Of a DNA stretch of 64,000 bases, positions 1 to 11,553 are shown piece by piece (position 1 is the first letter of the stretch; every line of letters begins with the position of its first letter). The position numbers were made by a program, and so were the translations under genes. Under the pieces are notes generated by a model. That model had not been told where the DNA came from. It worked only from the letters and a program-made list of their open reading frames with translations, and made no database searches. Origin of the DNA: Dimorphilus gyrociliatus (taxonomy: Eukaryota > Animalia > Annelida); assembly GCA_904063045.1 (NCBI GenBank), contig CAJFCJ010000011.1, forward strand, positions 579,100 through 643,099, in the 5' to 3' direction.

Positions 1-143
1 TTCGTGTATTCGTTACACAGTACTACTGAATTTAATGTTTTATTCACAGTATTGTGAAAAGTTAATGAATAACAATCTTCATTATAAAGTAAAACTTCCA
101 GTAGTAAAATCCTAATGTTTTGGATACGCATAATATATATAAG

Positions 144-1744
144 TTAACGTTTTCTTAATCCAGTCAGAAGCGAACCCTTGCCCATCGTGTCCATTTGCTT
201 CCTACGATCCTCTTCCATCTGAAATTAAAATTAGCATAAAGTTCAATTATGATTAAAATTTCTTACCCTTAATCTCTGCTGATTCTCCCTAAACGCCTCA
301 ACAGGATCATCGAATTGATTATAATGATCTATAACAGTTCTAACATCTTCTACGTTGCTTATTGCAATTGTTTTGAGAAAAAGAGCAAGATCTATAAGTG
401 TACGATCACTATCAGCTCCTGTCCATTTGGGCATTCCAATGGCATTACGTGGATGGAATTTAAAGGCATTAGGATCGCAATCGACTATAATTACTTTTGA
501 TAAATCCCTATTTAAATGATCCAAATCCTGTCAGAGAATTTTCGTAAAAATTTATGAAAACATATAAAAAACATTACTTTTATATGATGACCATCTTTAT
601 ATCGTGTGGCATCTCTAAAAAGTCGATGAGCAACAACACCTTTAGAATCTATACCATCTATTATCGGCATAGCGGTCTGAAAATAAATTATTCATAAAAA
701 CTTTTCAACATTTCTTTGTCTTAAATACTTACAAAAACTGTTTCTTTCGTGAATATTACAACCTCGAACAAAGGATGTGATACATTCTCCAGAAAATAAT
801 CAACGGCTGGTCTTTTCTTAAACCTCCATCCTGTACCCAACTATATGCATAACATTAACAATTATTAAAAAAATAATGAATATAATTTTTACCGTCCAAT
901 CTGGATGAACTAAAACTCCTGTTAGTTCTAAAACAAGAGTATATGGTGGTTGGTAAAACGGTTCTTTAACGGGATCGGGCAAAAGCTTTCGGCTGGATGG
1001 ATCTCTCATAGACTAAAAATATGCGACTTGAAGATGATTTAGCTCAAAGTTAACAAATCTAACCTGCATAAAGAGCTGAGCTTCATTAAATGCTCTTTTT
1101 ATATATCCTTTCCACTTCGGTACTAAAATGAGGAATACTTAAAGGAATTTTTCATTGCATCAAACTCAAAACTTACAACTGGAATATTCATCGATAATCT
1201 GAGATAAAAAATTATAAATTCTTAGAAATTAAATATTTTTTACAGATGTACTTACTTCGTTTCCTTCGTCATCATGACTTGGCAGCCCTAGAATATTGTT
1301 TATTTTATTAGAGTATTTTTCTACTCTTTTGTAGTACTTACCCCACATTACTATAAGGTTACCGGTCATAATTAAACCCATTACACCAAAACCTATTAAG
1401 CCTAATTTCCATGAATGTTGGCTGCTAAACCATGAGTTTGATTTCTTATCGTCTTCTTTTGACTTTTTATCATCTTGTGGTTGTTCAGCAATACGTTTAT
1501 TTAAGATTTCTTCTGTTATCCGGCCATCCGTTTTTAAAAGTCGAATGGAGCGAAAGTCAACTCCTGATTTATCCTTTGATTTAATATTAACTAATGAATA
1601 TACTACTCGTTGTCGGGTAGTTTCTGAAACTAATGTACTATATGGCAATGCCCATAAGGTTTTTGTAACATGTTGAGCTCTAGTATCTCGCAAAAATTTT
1701 GTCAGTGACAAACTGTTTCGAAAAACCCACGAGGGCACCGCCAT
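144..1744 (-). CDS. TIMM50: Mitochondrial import inner membrane translocase subunit TIM50 (multi-exon, about 6 exons)
   Basis: Minus-strand exons translate to an N-terminal presequence and TM segment ([21 protein letters not shown]). Later exons give [76 protein letters not shown] and a C-terminal tail ending ...[10 protein letters not shown]. These are colinear with the human TIMM50 FCP1-like phosphatase domain. Short GT-AG introns have GTAAGT-like donors. Confidence 0.8.
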
Positions 1745-2050
1745 TTTGTAAGTCACTTTTTTCGTAATATTATAAATATTAAACAAAAAATTTTGTAAGA
1801 AAAATATGTCAACAATAAGAAATTAAAAACATGAATTTATTATATTTAATTTTATTTAGTGCGGACTCAATATATAACGAAAATTTTGTGCGAGTCAACT
1901 AGTGTTATGGGATGGAAAGTACTGAAAAACTTTATTACTCCTAGCTCCATTTTTAAATTCAAAACATGAGGTAGCGATTGTAGAGTAATATTTCGGATAG
2001 TTTATGGAATACGTAAAAGGCCGCGGAATACGCGGGAGGAAAGTATGCAA

Positions 2051-2059
2051 ACCGGAAAT
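2051..2059. promoter_or_regulatory. ETS-like CCGGAA motif in the ~800 bp divergent TIMM50/SMG9 intergenic region (putative bidirectional promoter)
   Basis: accggaaat lies between the TIMM50 start (1744, minus) and the SMG9 start (2556, plus). Both ATGs face outward from this interval. Confidence 0.3.
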
Positions 2060-2555
2060 TTGGAATCGTGTGGTTAGTGTCAACTTTTCGTTTTGGTTTC
2101 CTTCCAGCGCTTGACAGCGCGACTTTTCACTAATTTATTTTTAATTTTTAGACTGCGAATAAGCATAACGACAATCGTAAGCCTGAGACGGCTCCCGTAA
2201 TAGTACAATCACCAATGGCGATATTGGCCAAACAGGACGAAAATACGGTTTGTTGATTCAGGTCATAAGTGAATATAGGAATTAACCCGATTTTTGTGTT
2301 TTTAAGCAACCCTCAAGTGTTGAGAATGTACCGAAAAGTGTAAATAATCCAATAAAGCGCAAGATACTGATAAAGCCTAGAGATAGTAAGTCAGACACGA
2401 TAGCAGTTGCTAAGCAAGTTAGTGCTCGGTTACCAGTCTAATACTATAAAATGTAAGAACATGTATATCGTTTGTCGTTACTTTAGAACAATGCTGTCGA
2501 CAAAAAGGCAGGTCATCAAGGGGATCAGGCGAGAAAATTGGAAATATCAGCCAAT

Positions 2556-3946
2556 ATGAAAATGCCCCGTAATATAAAAACCCCTTTTCAGATTATTGAT
2601 GAGGGTGGACAATGGATAGGTGACGTTTGTGCAGACTATACTATAGATCAAAGTAACTATTGTGTTGTTGGGGTTATTGGTGGTCAAGGTGTCGGTAAGT
2701 CAACAATAGCTTCTCTGTTAGCGTCTAAAGACAATTCAGAAATTTTAAAGTGAGTGTTTAATATACTTGAATCTTTGAATTTTTAAAAAAAATTGATTTT
2801 GTTTAACGTAGAGATGGTCCATTCGTAATAAGTCCAAGGGAGATTCGCGAAGCAGCCTTGTATCAAACAGCTGGAATTGATTTATTCATTACCCCAGAAA
2901 GAATGATAATTTTAGATACTTATGTAAGATTTAGTCAAAAAGCTATAATAGTTATTTAATCCTGAATATTTCTAATAGCCGCTTCTCAGCATTGCTCACT
3001 TCACCGAAAGCTCTCCATTTAGAGATTCGAAATATGAAAGAGGTTTAATGGAAAATCAATCAGAACTACACGTAAGCAAAAAAAAATTAAAATTTTAAAT
3101 TTTTGTAATAAGATATTTTATTTATTTATTTATATTAATTTATATTTTGCAGGCATTACAGCTCATTCTGTTTTTGATTAATATTTGTCATTCGATAATA
3201 GTTGTAAGCGATTGCGGCATAGACTTAAATTTATGCCGGTTACTTCTAACGGCTGAAATGCTGCGATCAGATTTAGCTGAAAATGTAAATCCAGAACTAC
3301 CATATTTAGGTAATAATATACTTTTCTAAAGAATATTTCTATAAACAAATGTATTTCCAGTTTTCTTGAACAATCGAATTTCAGTGCAAGAACTGAACAG
3401 GCACGTCTTTAGAAGTAATGTGGAATTGCTAAATGAAATGTTTTCCACCTCACAATATAAAATTACAGGTTTCATTTAAAACTCACTTATTGTTAATGAG
3501 TGCTTATGTTTAAACGATTTTCAGGTGTTGATGCACATCGTGTAGAATTGCCTCATCTACGTGTAAAAAGACCAGCGAATTTGTTTCTTTTACCAGAAAT
3601 TGATGCAGATAAACCTGCAGCTTTTTCCGCTGATAGAGGTTTTAATTACTCTAACTACTCAATGATAAAGTCATGATCCTATCTAAATTCTAAAATCTAG
3701 GTTTTGTTGACGGAAAGATACCCCCTATTAAATGTTTCGTAAGAAGCTTGACTCGTCAAATTTTGGGTTTACGTCGCTCTTATCCACAGAAAAGTGGGCA
3801 AAGTGAGAAGGCGTGGTAAGTTAACTGGATTCGTTACAGAAAATTTCTTCAGAGTTTTGTCTTCCAGGTTGCAGTCTGCTTCCAGAGCCTGGAATGCCTC
3901 TAAGAAGAGTAGTCTATTATCGGAATTCACTCAATTCGTACCTTGA
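2556..3946 (+). CDS. SMG9: Nonsense-mediated mRNA decay factor SMG9 (multi-exon)
   Basis: Exons translate to QIIDEGGQWIGD...VVGVIGGQGVGKSTIASLL (P-loop), TAGIDLFITPERMIILDT, MQALQLILFLINICHSIIVV...LLLTAEMLRS, LNRHVFRSNVELLNEMF and a C-terminal ...RAWNASKKSSLLSEFTQFVP*. These align colinearly with human SMG9 (VVGVLGLQGTGKS...; EMQSLQIAAFLFTVCHVVIVV...FLQTAEMVKPS; ...ARIWDGVRKSSALAEYSRLLA). The first exon ends at an AA|GTGAGT donor. Confidence 0.75.
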
Positions 3947-4980
3947 TGGATGTATTCGAAATCTCGTTGATAATTAGTAAAAGTGAAATCGATAACTTAA
4001 TTCATGGAGTGGGTTAAACGAAGACGTTGTTTCGTTTCGTTGAAATCGAAGTCAAAAGGCTCTCTTTTAAATGTCAGCCACCCGGCTAAAACATCAAAGC
4101 ACCGCCATGAACTTCTTGGCGGTTATTAAAAACAGTAATTAAAGCCAAATAACTTTCTAATACTGAATGATAAACGACCGCTGCTGTGTAAAATTGGTGA
4201 AAATCTGAAGGGCCCCACATGCATCTAATCGAAATCTTCGACATAAAGGTGGTTATTGGAATTAAAAAAGGCAAGAAATATAATATCAGTATCGCATAAA
4301 TTTAATAATTCCACAATAACCAAATTGTTCCATTTTCAAACAAAACCAATTTGAGGACGGAGCAATTATAAACATATTATAAAGCTAAGTAATTAGACAT
4401 CAAATTGTGAAATAATCTATATTGGAATATCCAGATTTTTTTCAATAGAAACTAGTATTTGGAAGTGTTTTCTGTATGTCGCCTTTTTAAAAATGTAAAA
4501 ATTATGGTATTATCCCACCCCAATCTCTATTTTCAATTTTGCCTATTTGTCATAATACTGTTAATAGAGTTTATGTTTTCGCCCTCGTTTTTAATGATTT
4601 CGAGGTAACTTTGGCGACAACTCGTTGTTCTGGGGAGCTAATTGGTTGTTTACTTTTTTTTATAGAGAACAATATTTTCACAAAAGTAATGTCCAAGTAT
4701 ATCAATTTACTCTTAAAATCCATATTAATTTCTCTGTGTTGTCTTAATAGGTTGTGGATGTGTCTTTGCTTATAATACACTTTATTTTATTAATTGACCA
4801 CTATGAAATTTTGATAAACTAATCAATCACCGCGTCTTACGCGTACTTGGTGCAATCGATTCTAAATGAAAAAAATACACTATCAACATTAAATATACTA
4901 ATGAGTAACTTTAATTCACTATATTCGAAAGTGCCAAGAGTTTCTTTATCAACCCGCACTAGGTTTATATTTCCCTGTCA

Positions 4981-4991
4981 ACGCATGCGCG
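4981..4991. promoter_or_regulatory. Palindromic CGCATGCG (NRF1-like) motif about 65 bp upstream of the FNTB ATG
   Basis: acgcatgcgcg read directly from the sequence. A near-identical palindrome recurs at 43618-43627. Confidence 0.35.
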
Positions 4992-5054
4992 AAAGATATT
5001 GATTGTCTTTAACTACTTGAATTCTGCAACATTAGGACTGAATTTCGTCTAGTC

Positions 5055-6486
5055 ATGACATTAAGGTGTCTTGAAGAAGATCATTTCTCTCGGAAAACAA
5101 CATGTGAGGGATATCCCACTGAAACATATGCTGAACAGGTAATACTTTAGTCTCTGCAATAATTTGAAGTTCCAAATTCTGACGGATTTTTATTTTCGTA
5201 GGCTGAAGTAGAAGACACAATTCATGAATTATTTAAAGCTTTCAAAAGAAAATTAGATTTGGAAGATGATATCCCAAAGTTAAATCGTGAAAAACACCTC
5301 TCCTTTCTAAATAAGGGTACAGAAAATCTGGGTCCTACTTATTCAGTTAGTAGATTGTTATGAATTTTAAAATGTTTAATCTTGTATTATTTTAGTGTCT
5401 AGATTCGAGTAGGCCTTGGCTTGTTTATTGGATTTTAAATTCTTTCCAATTGCTTTCTTATGAGATCCCGGAAGCTCTAGGCGACAAGTGAGATGTTTAA
5501 GCTATGATCTCCTTTAGATTAACATTACCAAGAGTTTCTTAACCTACAGGATATCTGATTTTTTAGGAAGATGCCAATCTGAAACTGGAGGCTTTGGTGG
5601 AGGGCCTGGACAACTACCTCATTTAGCCTCAACATATGCTGCCGTATGCGCTCTGTGTATAATAGGAACTGAACGCAGTCTTAGCATTATAAACAAAGAT
5701 ACATTGAGGAATTATTTGATGAAAAGTCATCAATTGGACGGCTCTTTCGTTATGCACGAAGGTGGTGAAATAGATATTAGAGGAGTTTATTGCGCCGCTG
5801 TTGTAGCAAAATTAACAAATATGCTAAGCCCTGAGATGTTTGACAACACTGGAGAATGGTTAGCTAGTTGTCAGACTTACGAAGGAGGATTTGGGGCAAT
5901 GCCAGGTTTGGAAGCACATGGGGGATATTCCTTTTGTGGCCTTGCAGCCGCAATCCTCCTGAAAAGAGAGAAGTTAATAGACACACAGTCATTTTTAAGA
6001 TGGCTGGTTCTTCGACAAATGACATTTGAAGGTGGATTTCAAGGAAGAACGAATAAAATGGTTGATGGGTGCTACTCTTTCTGGCAAGGCGGTGCTTTTC
6101 CACTTATTCATGTACTTTTAGATTTATCCACACCTGAATATAAAGAACTATTATTTGATCATAGAGCCCTGCAGGAATATGTGCTTATATGCTGTCAGCA
6201 CCGAGATGGTGGTTTGGTTGATAAGCCAGGAAAAAATCGTGACTACTACCACACTTGTTATTGTCTATCGGGCTTATCAATAGCTCAAAATAGCTGTAAT
6301 GCCCTAGGAAGTTCCGATCCAGATATTGTTGGCTGCTCTACTAACTTACTGGTAAGTAAATTACAACATTGATAAACAGATTTATCCATTTTATTTTCTA
6401 TCCTTCAACAGTCTGCAGTTCATCCAATTTTCAATTTCTCCTACACATCAGTAAAAAGAGCTCTTGATTTTTTCAACCAAGTTTAA
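5055..6486 (+). CDS. FNTB: Protein farnesyltransferase beta subunit (about 6 exons)
   Basis: Exons translate to CLDSSRPWLVYWILNS, CQSETGGFGGGPGQLPHLASTYAAVCALCIIGTE...QLDGSFVMHEGGEIDIRGVYCAA, AMPGLEAHGGYSFCGLAAA, FEGGFQGRTNKMVDGCYSFWQGG, KPGKNRDYYHTCYCLSGLSIAQ and a final exon ...VHPIFNFS...ALDFF. This is a near-residue-level match to human FNTB (CQSPEGGFGGGPGQYPHLAPTYAAVNALCIIGTE; RCNKLVDGCYSFWQ; KPGKSRDFYHTCYCLSGLSIAQ). Confidence 0.9.
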
Positions 6487-6869
6487 TCATAAAAACGTTA
6501 AGACTTAAAGATGGGAGAAATTGTTTAAAAATATGTCAATAAATTGATAAAGGTGCCGATACTTGTGTTTGTCTTAGAAAAAGCATTTCGCTTATTAAAC
6601 ACTCTTAAATATCAAAGAAGATGTTAAAAAAGGACATTTTAATAAGTATATTAATTCTTCAAAAGAATTAGAACAAAAGTTTAATACACTTGAAATCAAT
6701 CTTTTAAAAATATTCAAATTTCATTTTCCCTAGAAATTTTTGATAGCAAACTAAGAGAGTAATTTCATATGATTCTGACTAAGTGATCTTCGGGTAATGG
6801 AACAAGTTGACTGAGCTAATATGAAAAACAATTTTATGATCCAAAAATAATGTCTATTTATGTAATTGT

Positions 6870-8180
6870 TCAACCTACCAATCTCTCTAAATTGATTTTT
6901 CTAATACTATCAGGCATTTTATTAACGTGATTTAATAACATTGTAAAGGCATATACATTCTTAATTTGCGACTGCAAATGCCTGTTTAAAGAAGGAACTG
7001 TCGGTTTGGTAATGTACTCTATATCTTTTTTTTCTAGTTGAAACAAGTCATTCGCATGATAAATCATGAAAGTAGTTAGAGAAACAATAAAGTTATCTAA
7101 GAACTTTTTAACCATATCAGTAATTTCGCCCATTTTGCGATTACCTAAATTTTTTGGAGTTTCATAGTCCCCTCTTGGAAATGGGTTAAACAGGCCGTTA
7201 CTAACAATGGAAGCTATTTTCGTAACTGTCAAATTATTTTTTTCTATAAAAATTAATAGAAAACGTGAAAGTAAAAGAATTTTTTGAAGAATCTTATAGT
7301 TAAAGGTTGGTAGACTATGAATGATAAATCGGAGTAATTCTATTTTGATCTTTTCATCATTAGCAGCTAATAAAAAAATTGTTTATTAAAATAATACACA
7401 AATATAAAAGATAGACATAACCGTTTATCAAATAGTATGCAATTATATTTTGTTGTGGCATAATTGGCTGGGGAGAATTTGATAAGAGCCTTTTAAACGG
7501 ATCGGTTAGATATTCTGTACGCCAGTTATTATCCTCCAAAAATGATAGAATTTCATCAGGTAACACAGGATTTCTCATATCATTGAGCCTATCATAGATT
7601 AGTTTACTATATTTTTCTTTCTTGCATCGACGAAATAAACTATTTGAAATGACAACTAAAGAAAAATTAATGGATTTTCTATCGAAAAGAGAAAAAGAAA
7701 AATATTGGTATACTCTTTTCATTCTCTAAAACGTCAATTAAAATATTTAGAGCATGAAGAAACTGATCTTCTCTCAACCGAAACCTATTTAGCTTGTATT
7801 TTTGATCTTCATTATTAAGAGAAAATCAAACTCTCTTAAAGTTTATTACAGTTTTTAAATGTTATTTTTACTTACCAAAGCTTTCGCAAAGTCGTTTACC
7901 AACTTGACCTTTTATACTCGATGCAAATATATCATTTAAACTCAATTCATCATTCAAGTATTTCTATTTAGGTAGAAAAAGAAAGCTAAATATCATTTTT
8001 TTTTTAATTCAATTCTTTTCGCATACAGAAAATAGAAATAAAATGCTTTTTTTACTTTTTTAATACTATCTTCTAAATTAAGAAGATTAGAAATTTTAAG
8101 TTTAGAATATATTTTCAATTTTCTTGGATATTTCTTTCTTATCTCTTCTACTTGTTTGTCAGAGAGGAAATTTTTTCTAA
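6870..8180 (-). CDS. Multi-exon alpha-helical protein of unknown identity (at least 5 exons; N-terminal extent uncertain)
   Basis: Minus ORFs 7722-7360 and 7232-6870 are joined by a GT..AG intron. Upstream exons at about 7870-7975 and 8050-8180 have open frames and good splice sites. I cannot place the family from memory. Confidence 0.3.
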
Positions 8181-8446
8181 TTAAAACGATATAAAAAGTG
8201 AATTTATAGTTGAAATCAATCGAATAATTTTGTATACAAACTGATCTTCAGTCATAATTTATTAATTCTTAATAACTATATTTGTTTACATAATTTTTAA
8301 ATGATATTTGAGTAGTATTAAAAAATTATTATTTTTAGAAGAATGTATTTTTAAAACACATTGCTATCAGATAACGTACATACAAAAAATCATTAATCTA
8401 TGATAGATTATCTCACAATCTATGATTTTTGCAGTTTTGGTCATTA

Positions 8447-8476
8447 TCTATATATATATATATATATATATATATC
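8447..8476. repeat. (TA)n microsatellite, about 15 units
   Basis: tatatatatatatatatatatatatatat, direct read. Confidence 0.9.
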
Positions 8477-8808
8477 TTTTTAACAATAATGGCTTTTAAG
8501 TCATTTTTTCTATAAAAATCTCAAAAGATAAAAACATTAAAGGTGGAAAATAGAAAGTCTACTTTCTGCTAAAATTAGTGGGACAGCTGATTTAGGCGTC
8601 AAAGAATTGATCAAATGACAAACCTTTTTCCAAGTAGACGTAAGATAAAGCTTTTTATTTATTTATTGGGCGTTTCTGGGCAGTACATAATATCATTAAC
8701 TATACTATCAAACTACGATCGCAAAATGACAGACTACATTTCTTTGCATGCTTCACACATCTAAAGTTTTTGCTTTGCGATAAAGACTCTTTGCATACAC
8801 AAAGTTGG

Positions 8809-9564
8809 TTATCTGATTACTTGCTTAGTAACATCAACATACGTGGCTCCATCTGGTATTTTACAGTCATATTCCAGGAAATTGGCTAAGTCACCCCATT
8901 TACAATGCGTCTTTTCCTCTTCTTTATATAGTTTGCACTGTAGTGTTGTCTTCAATTCAACAATGACGCCCGAGACTTTCAGCTGTAGAATAATAATAAA
9001 AAAATTGTAATATGCCTTCAGACGACTAATTAGTACTCTAATCAATATAGAGAAAAGTTTTATAAGGAATTCACGGCCCACAGTGCAAATCAATATCTAT
9101 TTTCCTTGGGAAATGTGTGTCTCATGAGAAATAAGTGTAAAGAAAATTTACAATAATATTTAATATACTAACCCTTATTATAATGATGATCTGCTGTCTA
9201 TTTCCTTTTTTATTGGGTGAGAAACTGGTGCTTGTCCATTCACATGTATATAGGCTTTCTCCAGCCTTTCCGCTCTTCCCTTCGTTGAGAGAAATGCTAC
9301 TTCCTTGTATAGCTAGATCTCTATTGTGAAGGACGAGAAGACATTAAACGACCAAGTGATTTTGTAATAGAAATGAATAGAAAAAAACAAACGCTTACAA
9401 TACTTCAATTTCCTGTGTTAAACGTAATTCCAACAGATAAGGTGTATCGACGTTCAGTTTTAAGGTTTTTTCACTGTCAAATCGACCTCCATCTATTTTA
9501 AAACGAACTGGTTCATTGTCATCCTTCCTCTTCAACCCCAACTGCAATTTAAAGGTGGTCGCCA
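8809..9564 (-). CDS. CNRIP1: CB1 cannabinoid receptor-interacting protein 1 homolog (3 exons)
   Basis: Spliced minus-strand product MATTFKLQLGLKRKDDNEPVRFKIDGGRFDSEKTLKL...LYTCEWTSTSFSPNKKGNRQQII...HCKWGDLANFLEYDCKIPDGATYVDVTKQ aligns with human CNRIP1 (VFYKVDGQRFGQNRTIKL...[24 protein letters not shown]...[29 protein letters not shown]). Confidence 0.6.
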
Positions 9565-9750
9565 TAAGTAACGACAGCCAGCAGCTAAGGCTAATTTTTC
9601 CAAATATCGATCCCCCCACTAGCTACTGTAGGAAACGATGAAACCGCCTACTGATTTCACCGCCATCTTGTGGAAGCTTGAATAGACCTAATCATTTAAA
9701 TGTCACACTTTCATTGTCACAGTTTCTTATACCAGTTTTATTAGTCAGGT

Positions 9751-11372
9751 ATGACAGCTTCAGCGTTGCAATTGTTGAAAACGAATGAAATATTCTCGAA
9801 GGAGATTGAACCATTAGTAAACTCTAGTAATTTTCTTATTTATATGTTTATTAATTCTACCTAATTGTAGAAAATATTACACGAGAAAACCGCAGTTTTA
9901 TGCACCGATACAATCAAGAGACGATTATTTGACACAGAAGCATCGGTGAAAAATCTATTTCAATGTGCTGAGAGAGTTCTAGGAAGTAATTGGGAAGAGG
10001 AATTTCGAAGTAACAACTCGCTTAGATGATTATTGATCATTAAATAAAAAAAATGAAGCTATTTTTTTTTATAAAGAATGGCAGTCCGGAATAGAGACAG
10101 ACGAGGAGAAAATAACAATTCTTGAAGCATTAAAGAGTATAATTCGGTATACGATAATTTTTTATGCTAATGGGGGCAATTTTTATCTATCCAATCATCA
10201 TTCAATGTTTCCAATTTCTTTCAACGATAAAGTCAATAAACTAACTTCTCTTATCAATGCTGGTATTCCTTCTTATATCCCGTCCGTTTGGTTATCAATT
10301 GTTCAGCATGTTATGAGCTGTTTCGAAAAGATTCGCCTCCGTCCCCAAAATGATAAATGGCTAATTTCTGGCAATTCAGAGAAATTTCGTCGAAAAGTTC
10401 TTGGGTATGTGGTAGGTGGTGCTCCAATTCCATTCGTTCTACCCGCTTTCCCAATGAAGAGTAAGAATAGGATAAAGAAGACAATTGGTCCCCTCCCCGA
10501 TATGGCAGAATGGATTTCTTTGAAGCATTTGGCAAATTTTTGTAGGGAAATCCGTAAAATTTATGCACCTGGAGTAAAGATACTTATTTTTGGAGATGGA
10601 CGATTATATGGTAAAATATTAAAGTATGATGATAGCGAAATAACCGAATATGAAAGAGTTTTCAAGGATATGCTATCGAGATTACCTGAAGAAATTCACG
10701 ATCAACTCCTTTATGCCGGTATCGATGACTACTTTGAACGAGACATGGGATATGATAAAATTCGATCATACGTATACTCTCTTTATGATGTTACAATGGA
10801 AGAAGTTGATAATGCAATTAGGGTACATACTGCATTTTAGTATGTATTATATTTGTCTATACTAATCAGCACTTCAACATACTTTTAGACTAATGAAAAT
10901 ATAAATAACGTCTACAAGGGATTTGCACGCTATCTCGACGAGGACCTTGAAGGTGATATACCAAAGGATATTTCTAGAACAAAGCGCAAACAAATAACAA
11001 AGGATTTTGCAAGAAAATTGTTGAGAGGTAATATGGTTTATAGTTTGGTGATAAAGGATATTTTTCCTCATCACCTTCGTCTTTCCATACATCCTCATAA
11101 CAATGAGGATAAGGTTGGGGTTTCCCTGTTGGAGAATCAAAGATTTTCTGCTGGAACACCTGTAAGTTGATTACTTTTACGTTTCATTTCAATATAACAA
11201 AAAAACATTATGTTTTCTTCAGTGGCATCGGGTAGCCGCCAAGAAAAAAGATGGACATTGGTATTTCATGAGACGAATTGATGCTGAGGCAATGAATTAT
11301 AAATTAAAAGGGCAGTTTAACGGCGAAGGAACAGCCAACAGAGAAAATTGGCCTCATTATGTTGAAGAGTAA
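9751..11372 (+). CDS. DIT1/PvcA-family isocyanide synthase-like protein. Five exons: 9751-9816, 9871-10003, 10076-10822, 10889-11161, 11223-11372. About 455 aa.
   Basis: Exon 3 translates to ...VLGYVVGGAPIPFVLPAFPMKSKNRIKKTIGPLPDMAEWISLKHLANFCREIRKIYAPGVKILIFGDGRLYGKILKYDDSEITEYERVFKDML..., matching P. aeruginosa PvcA IAGFVARGEPIRFVLPGFPAKSPNPAKVLGVLPDMAERVALRFLSRLCLHIEAFYPPGAELLICSDGRVFADLVGVSDADVTAYREAIERLI. Exon 4 (NVYKGFARYL...RGNMVYSLVIKDIFPHHLRLSIHPHNNEDKVGVSLLE) matches PvcA RELYQGITRFL...RSNAWSALVDERFPQALRLSIHPQPSHSPKLGIQLLE. Exon 5 (WHRVAAKKKDGHWYFMRR) matches TPWHGVALLEGDGFRLVKR. The introns are canonical GT-AG, including GTAAGT at 11162 and a cttcag acceptor at 11222. Phases are consistent across all junctions. 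Confidence 0.75.
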
Positions 11373-11553
11373 AAAGTTTAAAGTACAAAATTTACAAATG
11401 AATCGAAATATATTTTGACTATTTAAAAATGGAAGAATAAATGATACTTTGAAAATATTTTGTCTTTGTTCTTATTGCATAATAATTTATTCAATTATTA
11501 AAATATTATATTTGTATTCAAAGTGGACGGAACGATTGAATGTGATAAACGAA

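Noticed and set aside
9751-11372. Possibility that the PvcA-like gene is bacterial contamination or a misassembly
   Set aside because: The gene is interrupted by four canonical GT-AG introns, including GTAAGT donors, with consistent phases. It shares the local AT-rich composition and lies between well-conserved metazoan genes on both sides.
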